From the NCBI RefSeq assembly GCF_964194025.1, contig NC_134481.1:7068001-7132000 (forward strand): a stretch of DNA of 64,000 nt. The letters are read 5' to 3'. Positions 13,565 through 26,780 of the stretch are shown here, in pieces. This DNA comes from Convolutriloba macropyga. Taxonomy: Eukaryota. Positions within the stretch are counted from its first letter, which is position 1, and each line of letters opens with the position of its first letter. Made by a program: the position numbers and the translations under genes. Below the pieces are notes generated by a model. It did no database searches and was not told where the DNA came from. It was given only the letters and a program-made list of their open reading frames with translations.

Positions 13565-16239
13565 TCACACACAGCCACAGTGGAAGGAAGCATTGACTTT
13601 CTGAACGACTTCCAAATTGCAGCCGACACAAACAGTGTGGAACCATAAATCGCAATCATCACACTGGACCCAGTCAATGGTAGACCCACTGGGTTTCAGA
13701 CAATCCGGTGAATCACAAGTTTCCTCCTGGTAGTACATGATCTTTTTACTGCTGGCTTTGGAACTTGCCGATGTTGTTTTTTCAGCGCTCTTTTGGCTTT
13801 TCTTGGCAGCGCTGTTCTTTTTGTTACTCGAACTTTGAACCGCAATCGCAGCTGCCGCCGCGGCAGCTCGATTCCGCTCTTTGAATGATACGTGCGGCGT
13901 TTTCTTCTTTCCTCTGGAGCTGTTGGTGTTTTCTGTTGAGTTTTTCTTTTTATTTGATGCGGTTGTGGTTGAGGTCATACTAGAAGCGAGAGCCGATCTC
14001 TTCCTCTGATCCTGGATCTCTTCCTCCGATTCCTCCTCACTGTCACTTTGGTCATTATCTTCAGAGTCACTAGAGCTGGAACTAGAACTTGATTGTTTCC
14101 TTTTGCGACTGTTCGAATTACTGCCACTTGATTTTCCACCGGCTTTCTTTTTGGATGAACTGGCACTAGCGGGTTTGCTTGCACTTTTGACCTTCTTCGT
14201 GACTTTTCCTTTCTTTTTGGTGACTTTTCCAGCGCTAGTTTGGGATCTGATATTTGCAGGCGGTGATACTTTCTGTGCAGTCGAGGCCTTGCTATGGGTT
14301 TGGGTTTTTGGTGGTTGCGGGGGAGGGGGTGGATTTAAAACGTGTTTTAGCTTCCGCTGTGATGTCGTGGTTGCTACTTTGTTTCTGTTAGCTACATTTG
14401 AAGACGTTGGGTTGGATCCAGAATTTGTGGACTGTTTCTTGGTCTGGACCGTCGCCGGTGTTCTCTGTTCGGCGTGTTCGCTAGATGACGAGGTGCTTCC
14501 ATTATCCTCCGAATCCTCCCCTTCGGAACTTGATGAATCATCTTCCTCGTCATCATCTTCATCGCTTTCATCACGATCTTCGTCCGAATTGTCCGACTGT
14601 TGTGCGGGCGGGGGTGGTGCTTGTTTCACAGACGTCGGAATATGTTGTTTTGAAACCTTGTCTTTCTTTTCAACCTTTACAGGTTCTCTGCTCGTTTGAT
14701 TGGTCATTTCTTTATTATGTGCGACTGCTGGTCTTTTGACCGATGAAAACAGAGCTCTGATTTCCTCCATTGTGTTTTCTGTTCTATTTGTTGCTGAGTT
14801 GTAAGGGCTCTCTGATTTAATGACATGATCGGATTTTGTGGTTTTTTCTGGTTTGATCTTAACAGGTGAGAAAGTTTTTTGACTAGTGGGTGAAGGATCT
14901 TCGCTGGATTGGATTGCATCATCGACGTTAAGTCGCGATAAGTAGCCCAAATCAGAGTTTAGCGAAGTTAACGTTTTCCGACCGGTTCCAGTGTTAGCTG
15001 CCGTGCTTGAGTTCATCCAGGAATTCTGCAGCATTTCGCGATCTTTATCTTTTCGGGCACGCGATTTGTCGACAGACACTGGGCTCACTTTTTGCGTTGG
15101 TTTGTTCAGCCTTTTATCTTGCTCTGCCTTCGAAAACGGCTCCACTTTAACTGTATTTGCCGGCAAACCAGTTGAGCTCGCTGCAGAGGCCTGCTTCGTG
15201 GGCTGTACTTGTTGCTGTGGTACCACGGATGCCACAGGTGTTTTTGACGAATGTGAGCTATGTAATGACGACGCCCCTTGGCTTTGGGTCGAACTGAAAT
15301 TATGATTGTATTGGTTGACTGATGTTGGAATCGGCTTCTGAATGTAAACCGCGGGTTCCGGTTTAACATTCGCCGTCGAACTATTGTTACTAGGCGCAGT
15401 TGGTAAAATTTGTGACGCAGAGTGAAAATTAGATTGTTGTTGTTTCTGTGCTTGTATCTGGGAAGGTGGAAATGATGGAATCCCGGCTTTTGAGTCACGT
15501 TGCTCGTTCGGTGGACATTGCACTGGTGCAACTGTGGCGTGCGTGGGCGCAACAGCCGAGACCTGGGCACTGTTTGGAGGGTGCTGCATTTTGTGTGAGA
15601 ACTGAATGCCTGCCAACTGATCGCTGTATTTGGACGCAATCGAGGTGGTTGGCTGGACCGTGTTATGAGCTGGGATCCCTGTACTCATGCTACTGACATT
15701 GTCTAGATGCTGTTGCTGCAAAGCACTTTGACTCCCGACCATTTGGTTGTTAGGAGGGTGTGGTTTTGAGACGTACGAAGGAACCGGGTGATTGGCGGTG
15801 GTGTTGGTCGAGACTTGATTCGCGATTGTTGAATGTTGGGAAATGTTCTGCTGCAAAGTTGGGTCGGATGATATTGCACCTTGTTGTTGAGAAACTGCAT
15901 TGACATGTTGCTGGTTCTGCTGGGCGGCTTGCTGCATAGCCAGATGTTGCTGCTGCTGTTGCTGCAGATGAAACGTGCTGTAAATTGGCGCAGACGATAC
16001 TGCCATTGACGAAGCCATCGGTGACTTCTTGACCTTCACTTCTCTTTTTTGTTCGTCCGTTTCAACAAAGTCGTAAACGTCTCCGCCCGTAGAACCTCGA
16101 CAGCTGGTAGTATTCGTGGTGTTGCGAACCGGGGTGCGATTTGATGGGTGTGCCCGGGAGGGTGACTTTTGACTTGGGGAGCTAAGGGGGAGATCACCTT
16201 GATGTAAGCTTGCTACTGATCTGTTTCCTGAGAGGTGGT
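13565..16239 (-). CDS. TCF19: TCF19-like protein, exon 2: long Q/S/P/K-rich disordered region plus C-terminal PHD finger
   Basis: Long open frame ending CDSPDCLKPSGSTIDWVQCDDCDLWFHTVCVGC...FHCGCV (PHD finger with the TCF19-type WVQCD-CD-WFH motif). Phase-1 acceptor TTTATTTTAG at 16240; an alternative phase-1 acceptor lies at 16228. Confidence 0.85.
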
Positions 16240-17404
16240 CTAAAATAAAGGGTTTCTGTTTCACTTGCAGAAACATGAGTTTCGTTTTCTGCTGTTTCGG
16301 ATAAATTGTTTTTGCTGTTTAATAATTAGTTTTGTTTTGTTTTAGTTTCGAAAACGTAAGTTTCAAACTAAACGTAAGTTTAATTTCGCGGTCTTAAGAT
16401 TCGCGGTCTTAAGTTTTCTGCTGTTTCAAATAAAGTGTTTTTGCTGTTTAAAAAATTAGGTTTCGTTTTGATTTAGTTTCGAAAACGTAACTTTAAAACT
16501 ACAACGTAAGTTTTATTTTTGATTTACTTCAAAAATAAAGTTCCGTATTCTGATTGGAAATTGAGTATAATGAAATTATACTCCTATTGATTCAGCCTGC
16601 AAAACAATTAAGTGAGTTGTTTACCACTCAAAAGCTTTCAAATTAATTAGGTATTTACGACTCCTACACAGCTCGCAATAAGTTTAAAAGAGTGTTTACA
16701 TTTTTGGTATCGAAATAGAAATCAGCCTCATTTCCTGTTTCTTAATTGGCATACTTGGTAACAAATCCGGGTGGTTACGACATATAGGCGCTATTAGACG
16801 ATTAGTAGAATTAAAAGCGTGTCTGCGGAAATGACAAGTTAAATGATAAGAGATGATTAAAATTAAATTCAACCAGTCAAGTTAACAACGTGTTTCATAT
16901 CAAAAACGATTTAGGGATAAAATGAATTTTTCCCACCATGAACAAAATTAATTGTTTCAAATACCAATGTGAACAAAACAAGGCGTATTTTTGCAGTTAA
17001 AAACATGTTTTATATGTGAACTTGCCGCACCCAGTTAAAAACAAATATAGCATTACAGATCATTACAAAGAGAAATTTTTAAGCATAAATATTGATTTCA
17101 TATTTTCTGCACATATAAATTTGGATTGGTTTGACTACCGATAGCGTTGTGAAAATATTAATTTTGAAATTTACTAAAACCGACAACACTAGGCTTCAAA
17201 AAATGATAGCCACATATGACTCTATCAAGGGGCAATTTCAACTGTCGTATTTGAGTAGCAGGGTACTTAAAACACAATTTAAAAAAAAAGTTTTGGAACT
17301 AAACTTTAATGCACACCAAAATTTATTCACCAAATGATGTAACAAATCCCAATTTTTAATTAACTCCGTTGTCATATCTCAAATTTTAAAAGATTGTGAC
17401 ATAC

Positions 17405-18266
17405 CTTTCGTACTTGGAGCGTTCGACTGTTTCTGATTGTATTTCTCTGACAGCCATTGTGCCGTAGTGGCTACCGATGATGGGATGTTGGCTTTCGCCA
17501 AATCTTCCAGGGTCGTAGTTCCCGAATTCAAACCAGCAACACCGTCCACGGCAGCTTCTGTAAATGCCTGTTTAATCGAATCCATCGCCGAATGCCGAAC
17601 TGGCAAGGCCGGAGGTTGCGTTCCTGGATTCGCAACATTAGCCGGATCTTGCTTGAGCTGCGCATTAACCGTTTCGGATTTAGCATGGGTATTTAGTAAA
17701 TTTGAAGTATCATTTTCGCTCTTAGGGGGTTGAAAAACACCGGCCTGTTCGGCAGATGAAACACTCGAATTTTGAGATGGAGCCTTTTTGGCATAACCAC
17801 GACCTTGCGAGTAAACACATTCGAAAACAAATCTAAACTCAGAATTCGGTTGCCAGGCAACCATTCCATCTCTGACGTTGATGCCATTCGTGTGACCAAA
17901 AGTTACGGTGTCGCCTACTTTTAATTCAGTTTGACCCGATACCTTGACATCATTGACATAGGTTCCATTCAAACTTGTATCTATAAGGATAAATCTCCAC
18001 TGTTTACCATCATGGATTCGTTCTAACTGCGCGTGCTGTCTTGATATCAGACGTTTGTTCACGGTGGAATTCAGATAAAAGTCCACCTCGTCAAGTTGAC
18101 GTCCGATTTTTGTGGTGGAGGTGATGACTTTGAACTCGTCCTTGACACCTTTGCAAGTGGCGGCGGATCCTATTCGGCGAAACTGGTAAACCGGCCCATC
18201 CTCGTCACCGTCCTCACAATCTGTGGTCGAGCTTTTCATTCGCGCTCCTCGGATTTGGGAACTCAT
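17405..18266 (-). CDS. TCF19: TCF19-like protein, exon 1: N-terminal FHA domain (spliced product ~1178 aa)
   Basis: FHA motifs KIGR, ISRQHA, DTSLNGTYVN and LKVGDTVTFG. Donor AAAG|GTATGT at 17405/17404 is phase 1, matching exon 2. FHA+PHD architecture is that of TCF19. Confidence 0.85.
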
Positions 18267-20279
18267 TCACACGCACGTCATGAACAAATCTCACGCGGAC
18301 ATCTTAATGATAAAAGTTTGGTTTTCAAAGACATAAGTTTTCATCTAAAACATGAACGGACTTCAAAAGTAGCCAAAGAAGACGATAAACAGAGGCGTTA
18401 ATTGAGTTGACCATAGAATTGCGAAATGGTACTTTCACTGCAACAGTTATAAGAGCTAGATTATGAAACGAACGTTTTAGATGAAGATATGCTAAGTTTA
18501 CTAAGTTTGCATTAATACAATATAACATATAGCATCACGCTTTAGCAAATATTATGAGTTACAAATTGAAAGCGTGTTTTGGTAAATGCATGGTTTACAA
18601 TTTAAGCGCGCTCTGATAGTAAAGCTCTTGACTAGCCTACTCAAACCACCACCACCATCACGTCATATGACAGATCGCGTTCTATTCGAGGTCTGGCCGG
18701 CTATACATGACACCAATATTGTCAATAAGAAAAACAGGGCGATAAACGAAAACAAACATTCTATTTAATGCAAAACCGCCGTGACTGTGCAATTAGGAAT
18801 GCGACATCACAAACTATCTGCAACTAGCTTCCGACTGAAAGAATGTTTGCTATTCGCCGTGACTGTGACATATAAAAGGGGGCAGAAAGCTAAAACAAGC
18901 CCTGGAAATATTAAGTTTGAGAGAGAAGTCACAAGAGCTCACGAGATTTTAAAAAAATTAAGTCGTTTGATTAGGATTGATCTCATTATGCTGACTATAG
19001 CAGTCTGTACAGATGTGATTCTACTTAAAATCGCGGATTATACTATATAGAGAAACAGCAATTGAATGTCATAAAGACAATTGACTTTCGAAGTAAATGG
19101 AAGGTAAAAATATTGAAATTACGTTAAAATCTGAGCAGCCACCAATTTTTCCGAGCAAAAACATTAAATCAAAATAACATGATCAAACACAAGGAGGCAA
19201 CTGAAATCTTCTTAGCAGATTCGACGAGTTTTACATTTAGAGACTGATAAAGCTCTAAGGGGGCTACTAAACGCTTTTATGTCCTCAGAGTTTTGCCTGC
19301 TCATCCCGTTTTCAGGACCAAATGTCAAATGAAAAAACTCAGAAAAAAATCAAAAACCACGAAAACACAAATAACTTCTAAAAGCTTCCATTGAGAGCAA
19401 AAAAAATGACCCAACATAGAATCAAGTATCAATGCCTCCATACATTCTAGTAAAAGTCGACATACATATCTCGCCTTGTGTAACATAAACAACGAACTTC
19501 GATACACTTCTAGACAACATGAGCTCTTGCAGATTTTCATTCACCTTAGATGTAATACACAACTCATAAGTCACCAGAAAACTTGAAAATTACGGTTTTG
19601 TATAACATTTTTAATTTGACGATTTTCTATTTATTCCTATGAGAAAAAATTGGAACAAAACGTAAGTTATTTTTGTACAGTACCCTAAATCAAACTTTTT
19701 ATGTGTTTACTAGTTAAAACTCCAGCAAAACAATCAAACATGAGAAAAACTTTCGGAAAACAGCAACAGAACCTCAATTTTAAGCCAAAACTCATAAGAC
19801 ACCTCAAATTAAAAAATAGTTTTCCCTCCTAACATTCCAGTAAAAAAACGTGAGCGCTTGTTTTAACCAACTTCACCAGCATTATTCTACAAAGCTACAT
19901 ATCGCAATACGAAAAATCCATTTACTGTAACACAAATGCTGTTTTTCCTTCAGAAAATGGCAAAAAGATAATACAATTATTGAAATAGGGATAAGTACAC
20001 TAAAGAATTTGACCGTGTTGAAAACAAAATTCTACTGAAAAAATGGTCAAAAACAGGGGTGAGCTGCACACTTGAAAATATTGAAGTCGTATGTGCTCTT
20101 TCCATCCATTTTAAATGTAATAGAAGCAGTTTTTCTTATGCGTTTCCCTCAGGGGTAGCACTGTAGGACTATCGTTAAAATTAAGTTTAATGATTTAACA
20201 AACTTCTTCTCAAGCCTCGTTATTCTACTTTTTGCAGAATATGCTAAGCTAATAAGACTTCGCCTTTGATAAAGAAAAC

Positions 20280-22401
20280 TCAATAAAACCTCGACAATCG
20301 AATCACTTCTCTTTTTTGTTCGTCCGTTTCAACAAAGTCGTAAACGTCTCCGCCCGTAGAACCTCGACTGCTGGTAGTATTCGTGGTGTTGCGAACCGGG
20401 GTGCGATTTGATGGGTGTGCCCGGGAGGGTGACTTTTGACTTGGGGAGCTAAGGGGGAGATCACCTTGATGTAAGCTTGCTACTGATCTGTTTCCTGAGA
20501 GGTGGTCTAAAATAAAGGGTTTCTGTTTCACTTGCAGAAACATGAGTTTCGTTTTCTGCTGTTTCGGATAAATTGTTTTTGCTGTTTAATGATTAGTTTT
20601 GTTTTGTTTTAGTTTCGAAAACGTAACTTTCAAACTACAACGTAAGTTTTATTTTTGATTTACTTCAAAAATAAAGTTCCGTATTCTGATTGGAAATTGA
20701 GTATAATGAAATTATACTCCTATTGATTCAGCCTGCAAAACAATTAAGTGAGTTGTTTACCACTCAAAAGCTTTCAAATTAATTAGGTATTTACGACTCC
20801 TACACAGCTCGCAATAAGTTTAAAAGAGTGTTTACATTTTTGGTATCGAAATAGAAATCAGCCTCATTTCCTGTTTCTTAATTGGCATACTTGGTAACAA
20901 ATCCGGGTGGTTACGACATATAGGCGCTATTAGACGATTAGTAGAATTAAAAGCGTGTCTGCGGAAATGACAAGTTAAATGATAAGAGATGATTAAAATT
21001 AAATTCAACCAGTCAAGTTAACAACGTGTTTCATATCAAAAACGATTTAGGGATAAAATGAATTTTTCCCACCATGAACAAAATTAATTGTTTCAAATAC
21101 CAATGTGAACAAAACAAGGCGTATTTTTGCAGTTAAAAACATGTTTTATATGTGAACTTGCCGCACCCAGTAAAAACAAATATAGCATTACAGATCATTA
21201 CAAAGCGAAATTTTTAAGCATAAATATTGATTTCATATTTTCTGCACATATAAATTTGGATTGGTTTGACTACCGATAGCGTTGTGAAAATATTAATTTC
21301 GAAATTTACTAAAACCGACAACACTAGGCTTCAAAAAATGATAGCCACATATGACTCTATCAAGGGGCAATTTCAACTGTCGTATTTGAGTAGCAGGGTA
21401 CTTAAAACACAATTTTAAAAAAAACTTTTGGAACTAAACTTTCATGCACACAAAAATTTATTCACCAAATGATGGAACAAATCCCAATTTTTAATTAACT
21501 CCGTTGTCATATCTCAAATTTTAAAAGATTGCGACATACCTTTCGTACTTGGAGCGTTCGACTGTTTCTGATTGTATTTCTCTGACAGCCATTGTGCCGT
21601 AGTGGCTACCGATGATGGGATGTTGGCTTTCGCTAAATCTTCCAGGGTCGTAGTTCCCGAATTCAAACCAGCAACACCGTCCACGGCAGCTTCTGTAAAT
21701 GCCTGTTTAATCGAATCCATCGCCGAATGCCGAACTGGCAAGGCCGGAGGTTGCGTTCCTGGATTCCCAACATTAGCCGGATCTTGCTTGAGCTGCGCAT
21801 TAACCGTTTCGGATTTAGCATGAGTATTTAGTAAATTTGAAGTATCATTTTCGCTCTTAGGGGGTTGAAAAACACCGGCCTGTTCGGCAGATGAAACACT
21901 CGAATTTTGAGATGGAGCCTTTTTGGCATAACCACGACCTTGCGAGTAAACACATTCGAAAACAAATCTAAACTCAGAATTCGGTTGCCAGGCAACCATT
22001 CCATCTCTGACGTTGATGCCATTCGTGTGACCAAAAGTTACGGTGTCGCCTACTTTTAATTCAGTTTGACCCGATACCTTGACATCATTGACATAGGTTC
22101 CATTCAAACTTGTATCTATAAGGATAAATCTCCACTGTTTACCATCATGGATCCGTTCCAATTGCGCGTGCTGTCTTGATATCAGACGTTTGTTCACGGT
22201 GGAATTCAGATAAAAGTCCACCTCGTCAAGTTGACGTCCGATTTTTGTGGTGGAAGTGATGACTTTGAACTCGTCCTTGACACCTTTGCAAGTGGCGGCG
22301 GATCCTATTCGGCGAAACTGGTAAACCGGCCCATCCTCGTCACCGTCCTCACAATCTGTGGTCGAGCTTTTCATTCGCGCTCCTCGGATTTGGGAACTCA
22401 T
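20280..22401 (-). CDS. Duplicated, 3'-truncated TCF19-like copy (exon 22401-21540, exon 20506-20280; ~362 aa, FHA only)
   Basis: Intact ATG, FHA exon and splice sites. The second exon breaks at the duplication junction and ends IRLSRFY-stop. Expression is unknown. Confidence 0.6.
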
Positions 22402-23995
22402 TCACACGCACGTCATGAACAAATCTCACGCGGACATCTTAATGATAAAAGTTTGGTTTTCAAAGACATAAGTTTTCATCTAAAACATGAACGGACTTCA
22501 AAAGTAGCCAAAGAAGACGATAAACAGAGGCGTTAATTGAGTTGACCATAGAATTGCGAAATGGTACTTTCACTGCAACAGTTATAAGAGCTAGATTATG
22601 AAACGAACGTTTTAGATGAAGATATGCTAAGTTTACTAAGTTTGCATTAATACAATATAACATATAGCATCACGCTTTAGCAAATATTATGAGTTACAAA
22701 TTGAAAGCGTGTTTTGGTAAATGCATGGTTTACAATTTAAGCGCGCTCTGATAGTAAAGCTCTTGACTAGCCTACTCAAACCACCACCACCATCACGTCA
22801 TATGACAGATCGCGTTCTATTCGAGGTCTGGCCGGCTATACATGACACCAATATTGTCAATAAGAAAAACAGGGCGATAAACGAAAACAAACATTCTATT
22901 TAATGCAAAACCGCCGTGACTGTGCAATTAGGAATGCGACATCACAAACTATCTGCAACTAGCTTCCGACTGAAAGAATGTTTGCTATTCGCCGTGACTG
23001 TGACATATAAAAGGGGGCAGAAAGCTAAAACAAGCCCTGGAAATATTAAGTTTGAGAGAGAAGTCACAAGAGCTCACGAGATTTTAAAAAAATTAAGTCG
23101 TTTGATTAGGATTGATCTCATTATGCTGACTATAGCAGTCTGTACAGATGTGATTCTACTTAAAATCGCGGATTATACTATATAGAGAAACAGCAATTGA
23201 ATGTCATAAAGACAATTGACTTTCGAAGTAAATGGAAGGTAAAAATATTGAAATTACGTTAAAATCTGAGCAGCCACCAATTTTTCCGAGCAAAAACATT
23301 AAATCAAAATAACATGATCAAACACAAGGAGGCAACTGAAATCTTCTTAGCAGATTCGACGAGTTTTACATTTAGAGACTGATAAAGCTCTAAGGGGGCT
23401 ACTAAACGCTTTTATGTCCTCAGAGTTTTGCCTGCTCATCCCGTTTTCAGGACCAAATGTCAAATGAAAAAACTCAGAAAAAAATCAAAAACCACGAAAA
23501 CACAAATAACTTCTAAAAGCTTCCATTGAGAGCAAAAAAATGACCCAACATAGAATCAAGTATCAATGCCTCCATACATTCTAGTAAAAGTCGACATACA
23601 TATCTCGCCTTTTGTAACATAAACAACGAACTTCGATACACTTCTAGACAACATGAGCTCTTGCAGATTTTCATTCACCTTAGATGTAATACACAACTCA
23701 TAAGTCACCAGAAAACTTGAAAATTACGGTTTTGTATAACATTTTTAATTTGACGATTTTCTATTTATTCCTATGAGAAAAAATTGGAACAAAACGTAAG
23801 TTATTTTTGTAGAGTACCCTAAATCAAACTTTTTATGTGTTTACTAGTTAAAACTCCAGCAAAACAATCAAACATGAGAAAAACTTTCGGAAAACAGCAA
23901 CAGAACCTCAATTTTAAGCCAAAACTCATAAGACACCTCAAATTAAAAAATAGTTTTCCCTCCTAACATTCCAGTAAAAAAACGTGAGCGCTTGT

Positions 23996-26780
23996 TTTAA
24001 CCAACTTCACCAGCATTATTCTACAAAGCTACATATCGCAATACGAAAAATCCATTTACTGTAACACAAATGCTGTTTTTCCTTCAGAAAATGGCAAAAA
24101 GATAATACAATTATTGAAATAGGGATAAGTACACTAAAGAATTTGACCGTGTTGAAAACAAAATTCTACTGAAAAAATGGTCAAAAACAGGGGTGAGCTG
24201 CACACTTGAAAATATTGAAGTCGTATGTGCTCTTTCCATCCATTTTAAATGTAATAGAAGCAGTTTTTCTTATGCGTTTCCCTCAGGGGTAGCACTGTAG
24301 GACTATCGTTAAAATTAAGTTTAATGATTTAACAAACTTCTTCTCAAGCCTCGTTATTCTACTTTTTGCAGAATATGCTAAGCTAATAAGACTTCGCCTT
24401 TGATAAAGAAAACTCAATAAAACCTCGACAATCGAATCAACTATACAAAATCGGATGCTTTTTAATTTGAAAAAACATACCAATATTTTAATTAGTAAAA
24501 AGAGGGTTGAAAGGCTGCCAAGTGCAAAGAGATGGAATTAGCAACTACTCAAGAGCAACCTAGCTCTCAATTTAAAAAAGTCCTTAAGTGTAAACTGCGC
24601 ATCGACGAGCACTTTTTATTTAACCAACTTCACCAGCATTTTTCTACAAAGCTACAGATATCGCAATAAGAAAATCCATATACTGTAACACAAACACTGT
24701 TTTTCCTTCAGAAAATGGCAAAAAGACAATGCAATTAGTGAAATAGGGATAAGTACACTAAAGAATTTGACCGTGTTGAAAACAAAATTCAACTGGAAAA
24801 ATGGTCAAAAACAGGGGTGAACTGCACACTTTTGAAAAAATTGAAGTCGTATGCGCTCTTTCCATAAATTGAAAATGGAATAGAAGCAGTTTTTCTTATG
24901 GGTTTCCTTCAGGGGTAGCATTGCAGGACTATTGTTCACATTAAGTTTATTAATTATTTAACAAATTTCTTCTCAAGCCTCTTTATTCTACTTTTTGCAG
25001 AATATGCTAAGCTAATAAGACTTCGCCTTTGATAAAGAAAACTCAATAAAACCTCGACAATCGATTCAACTATACAAAATCGGATGCTTTTTAATTTGGA
25101 AAAATATACCAATATTTTAATTAGTAAAAAGAGGGTTGAAAGGCTGCCAAGTGCAAAAAGATGGAATTAGCAACTACTCAAGAGCAACCTAGCTCTCAAT
25201 TTAAAAAAGTCCTTAAGTGTAAATTGCGCATCGACAAGCACTTTTTATTTAACCAACTTCACCAGCATTATTTTACAAAGCTACAGATATCGCAATAAGA
25301 AAATCCATATACTGTAACACAAACACTGTTTTTCCTTCAGAAAATGGCAAAAAGATAATGCCATTATTGAAATAGGGATAGGTACACTAAAGAATTTGAC
25401 CGTGTTGAAAACAAAATTCTACTGTAAAAAATTATCAAAAACAAGGTTGAGCTGCACAAGTTTGAAAATATTGAAGTCGTATTTGCTCTGTCCGTCAATT
25501 GAAAAAGAAAGCAGTTTCTCTTATGCGTTTCCCTCGGGGTAGCATTATAGGACTATTGTTAACCTTAAGTTTATCAGTGATTTAACATATTTCTTCTCAA
25601 GCCTCCTTATCCTACTTTTTGCAGAATATGCTAAGTTATTAAGATTTCGCCTTTGATAACGCAAATCCACTCTAAACTCGACAAACTAATCAACTGGACA
25701 AAATCGGATGCTTTTTAATTTGGAGAAATTTACCACTATTTTAATTAGTAAAAAGAGGGTTCGAAGGTTTCCAAGTGGAGAAATATGGAATTAGCAACAA
25801 CTCAAGAGCAACCTAGCACTCTTTTTTAAAAAGTTCTAAAGTGTAAGTTGCACATCGACAGGGCATGTACAAAAGCGTTAACTTTTATGGCTAAAGATTG
25901 CGATTTTGACAAGGAAAACGAATCTGAAACTTGACAAATCCATTACTTGTTCCATTATATTAAAGTCCCATTTTAGCATATGGCAATCCTTGCTATGGGT
26001 CGAGCATATGTTATGAGCGCAAAAAACGCACAAGAGTTGCTAAGTATATTAACATCAAGGAATTGCCATACGAAGAAGCACCGCAGTCAATATCTATTTT
26101 ACCTATAACTATGCATATACAGCTAAGCAACACTTCAACATCGGCAGAACTGATTAGAATTCCAACAAAACAATCAAGTATGAGCAGAAGTTTTAGAAAA
26201 CAGCAACAGTACCTCCTGTTTAAGCCAAAACTCATCAAGCATCTCAAATTAATAAGTTTTGCTTCTTAACATTACATTCAAATTAATTTGATCACCCGTT
26301 ATTCAACCAACTTCACCCGCATTATTCTACTAAGCTCCACATATCTCCTTTCGACATACTATAGCGCAAATACTGTCTTCCCATCCGAAAATCAACAAAG
26401 CAACAAGTATTGAAAAGCAACAAGATAAGGCCATTATTGAAATAGGGATACAAAGCTACAGATATCGCAATAAGAAAATCCATATACTGTAACACAAACA
26501 CTGTTTTTCCTTCAGAAAATGGCAAAAAGACAATGCAATTAGTGAAATAGGGATAAGTACACTAAAGAATTTGACCGTGTTGAAAACAAAATTCTACTCG
26601 AAAAATGGTCAAAAACAGGGGTGAGCTGCACACTTTTGAAAATATTGAAGTCGTATTTGCTCTTTCCATCAATTGAAATTGGAATAGAAGCAGTTTTTCT
26701 TATGCGTTTCCCTCGGGGTAGCATTCTAGGACTATCGTTCACCTCAAGTGATTTATCAAATTTGTGCTCAAGCCTCTTCA
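23996..26780. repeat. Tandem array of ~620-630 bp diverged units (starts ~23996, 24618, 25248; partial copy ~26440-26780)
   Basis: TTTAACCAACTTCACCAGCATT...GAAATAGGGATAAGTACACTAAAGAATTTGACCGTGTTGAAAAC recurs at this period. A partial copy also lies at 19861-20302 inside the larger duplication. Confidence 0.9.

Larger units (their letters stand above)
16036..24439. repeat. Tandem duplication: copy 1 16036-20302, copy 2 20303-24436, junction microhomology TCA
   Basis: Near-identical ORF sets recur at offsets of 4267 and 4135. The junction CGAA-TCA-CTTCTC fuses the sequence found at 24433-24439 with that at 16036-16044. Confidence 0.95.

Noticed and set aside
14103-15696. Plus-strand and alternate-frame ORFs overlapping TCF19 exon 2
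   Set aside because: Shadow ORFs of a long coding exon with no recognisable motifs.
16240-16276. ATG at 16276 (MFLQVKQ) as the start of a standalone 903-aa gene
   Set aside because: It lies just upstream of a good phase-1 acceptor matching the FHA exon donor, so it is better explained as intron sequence.
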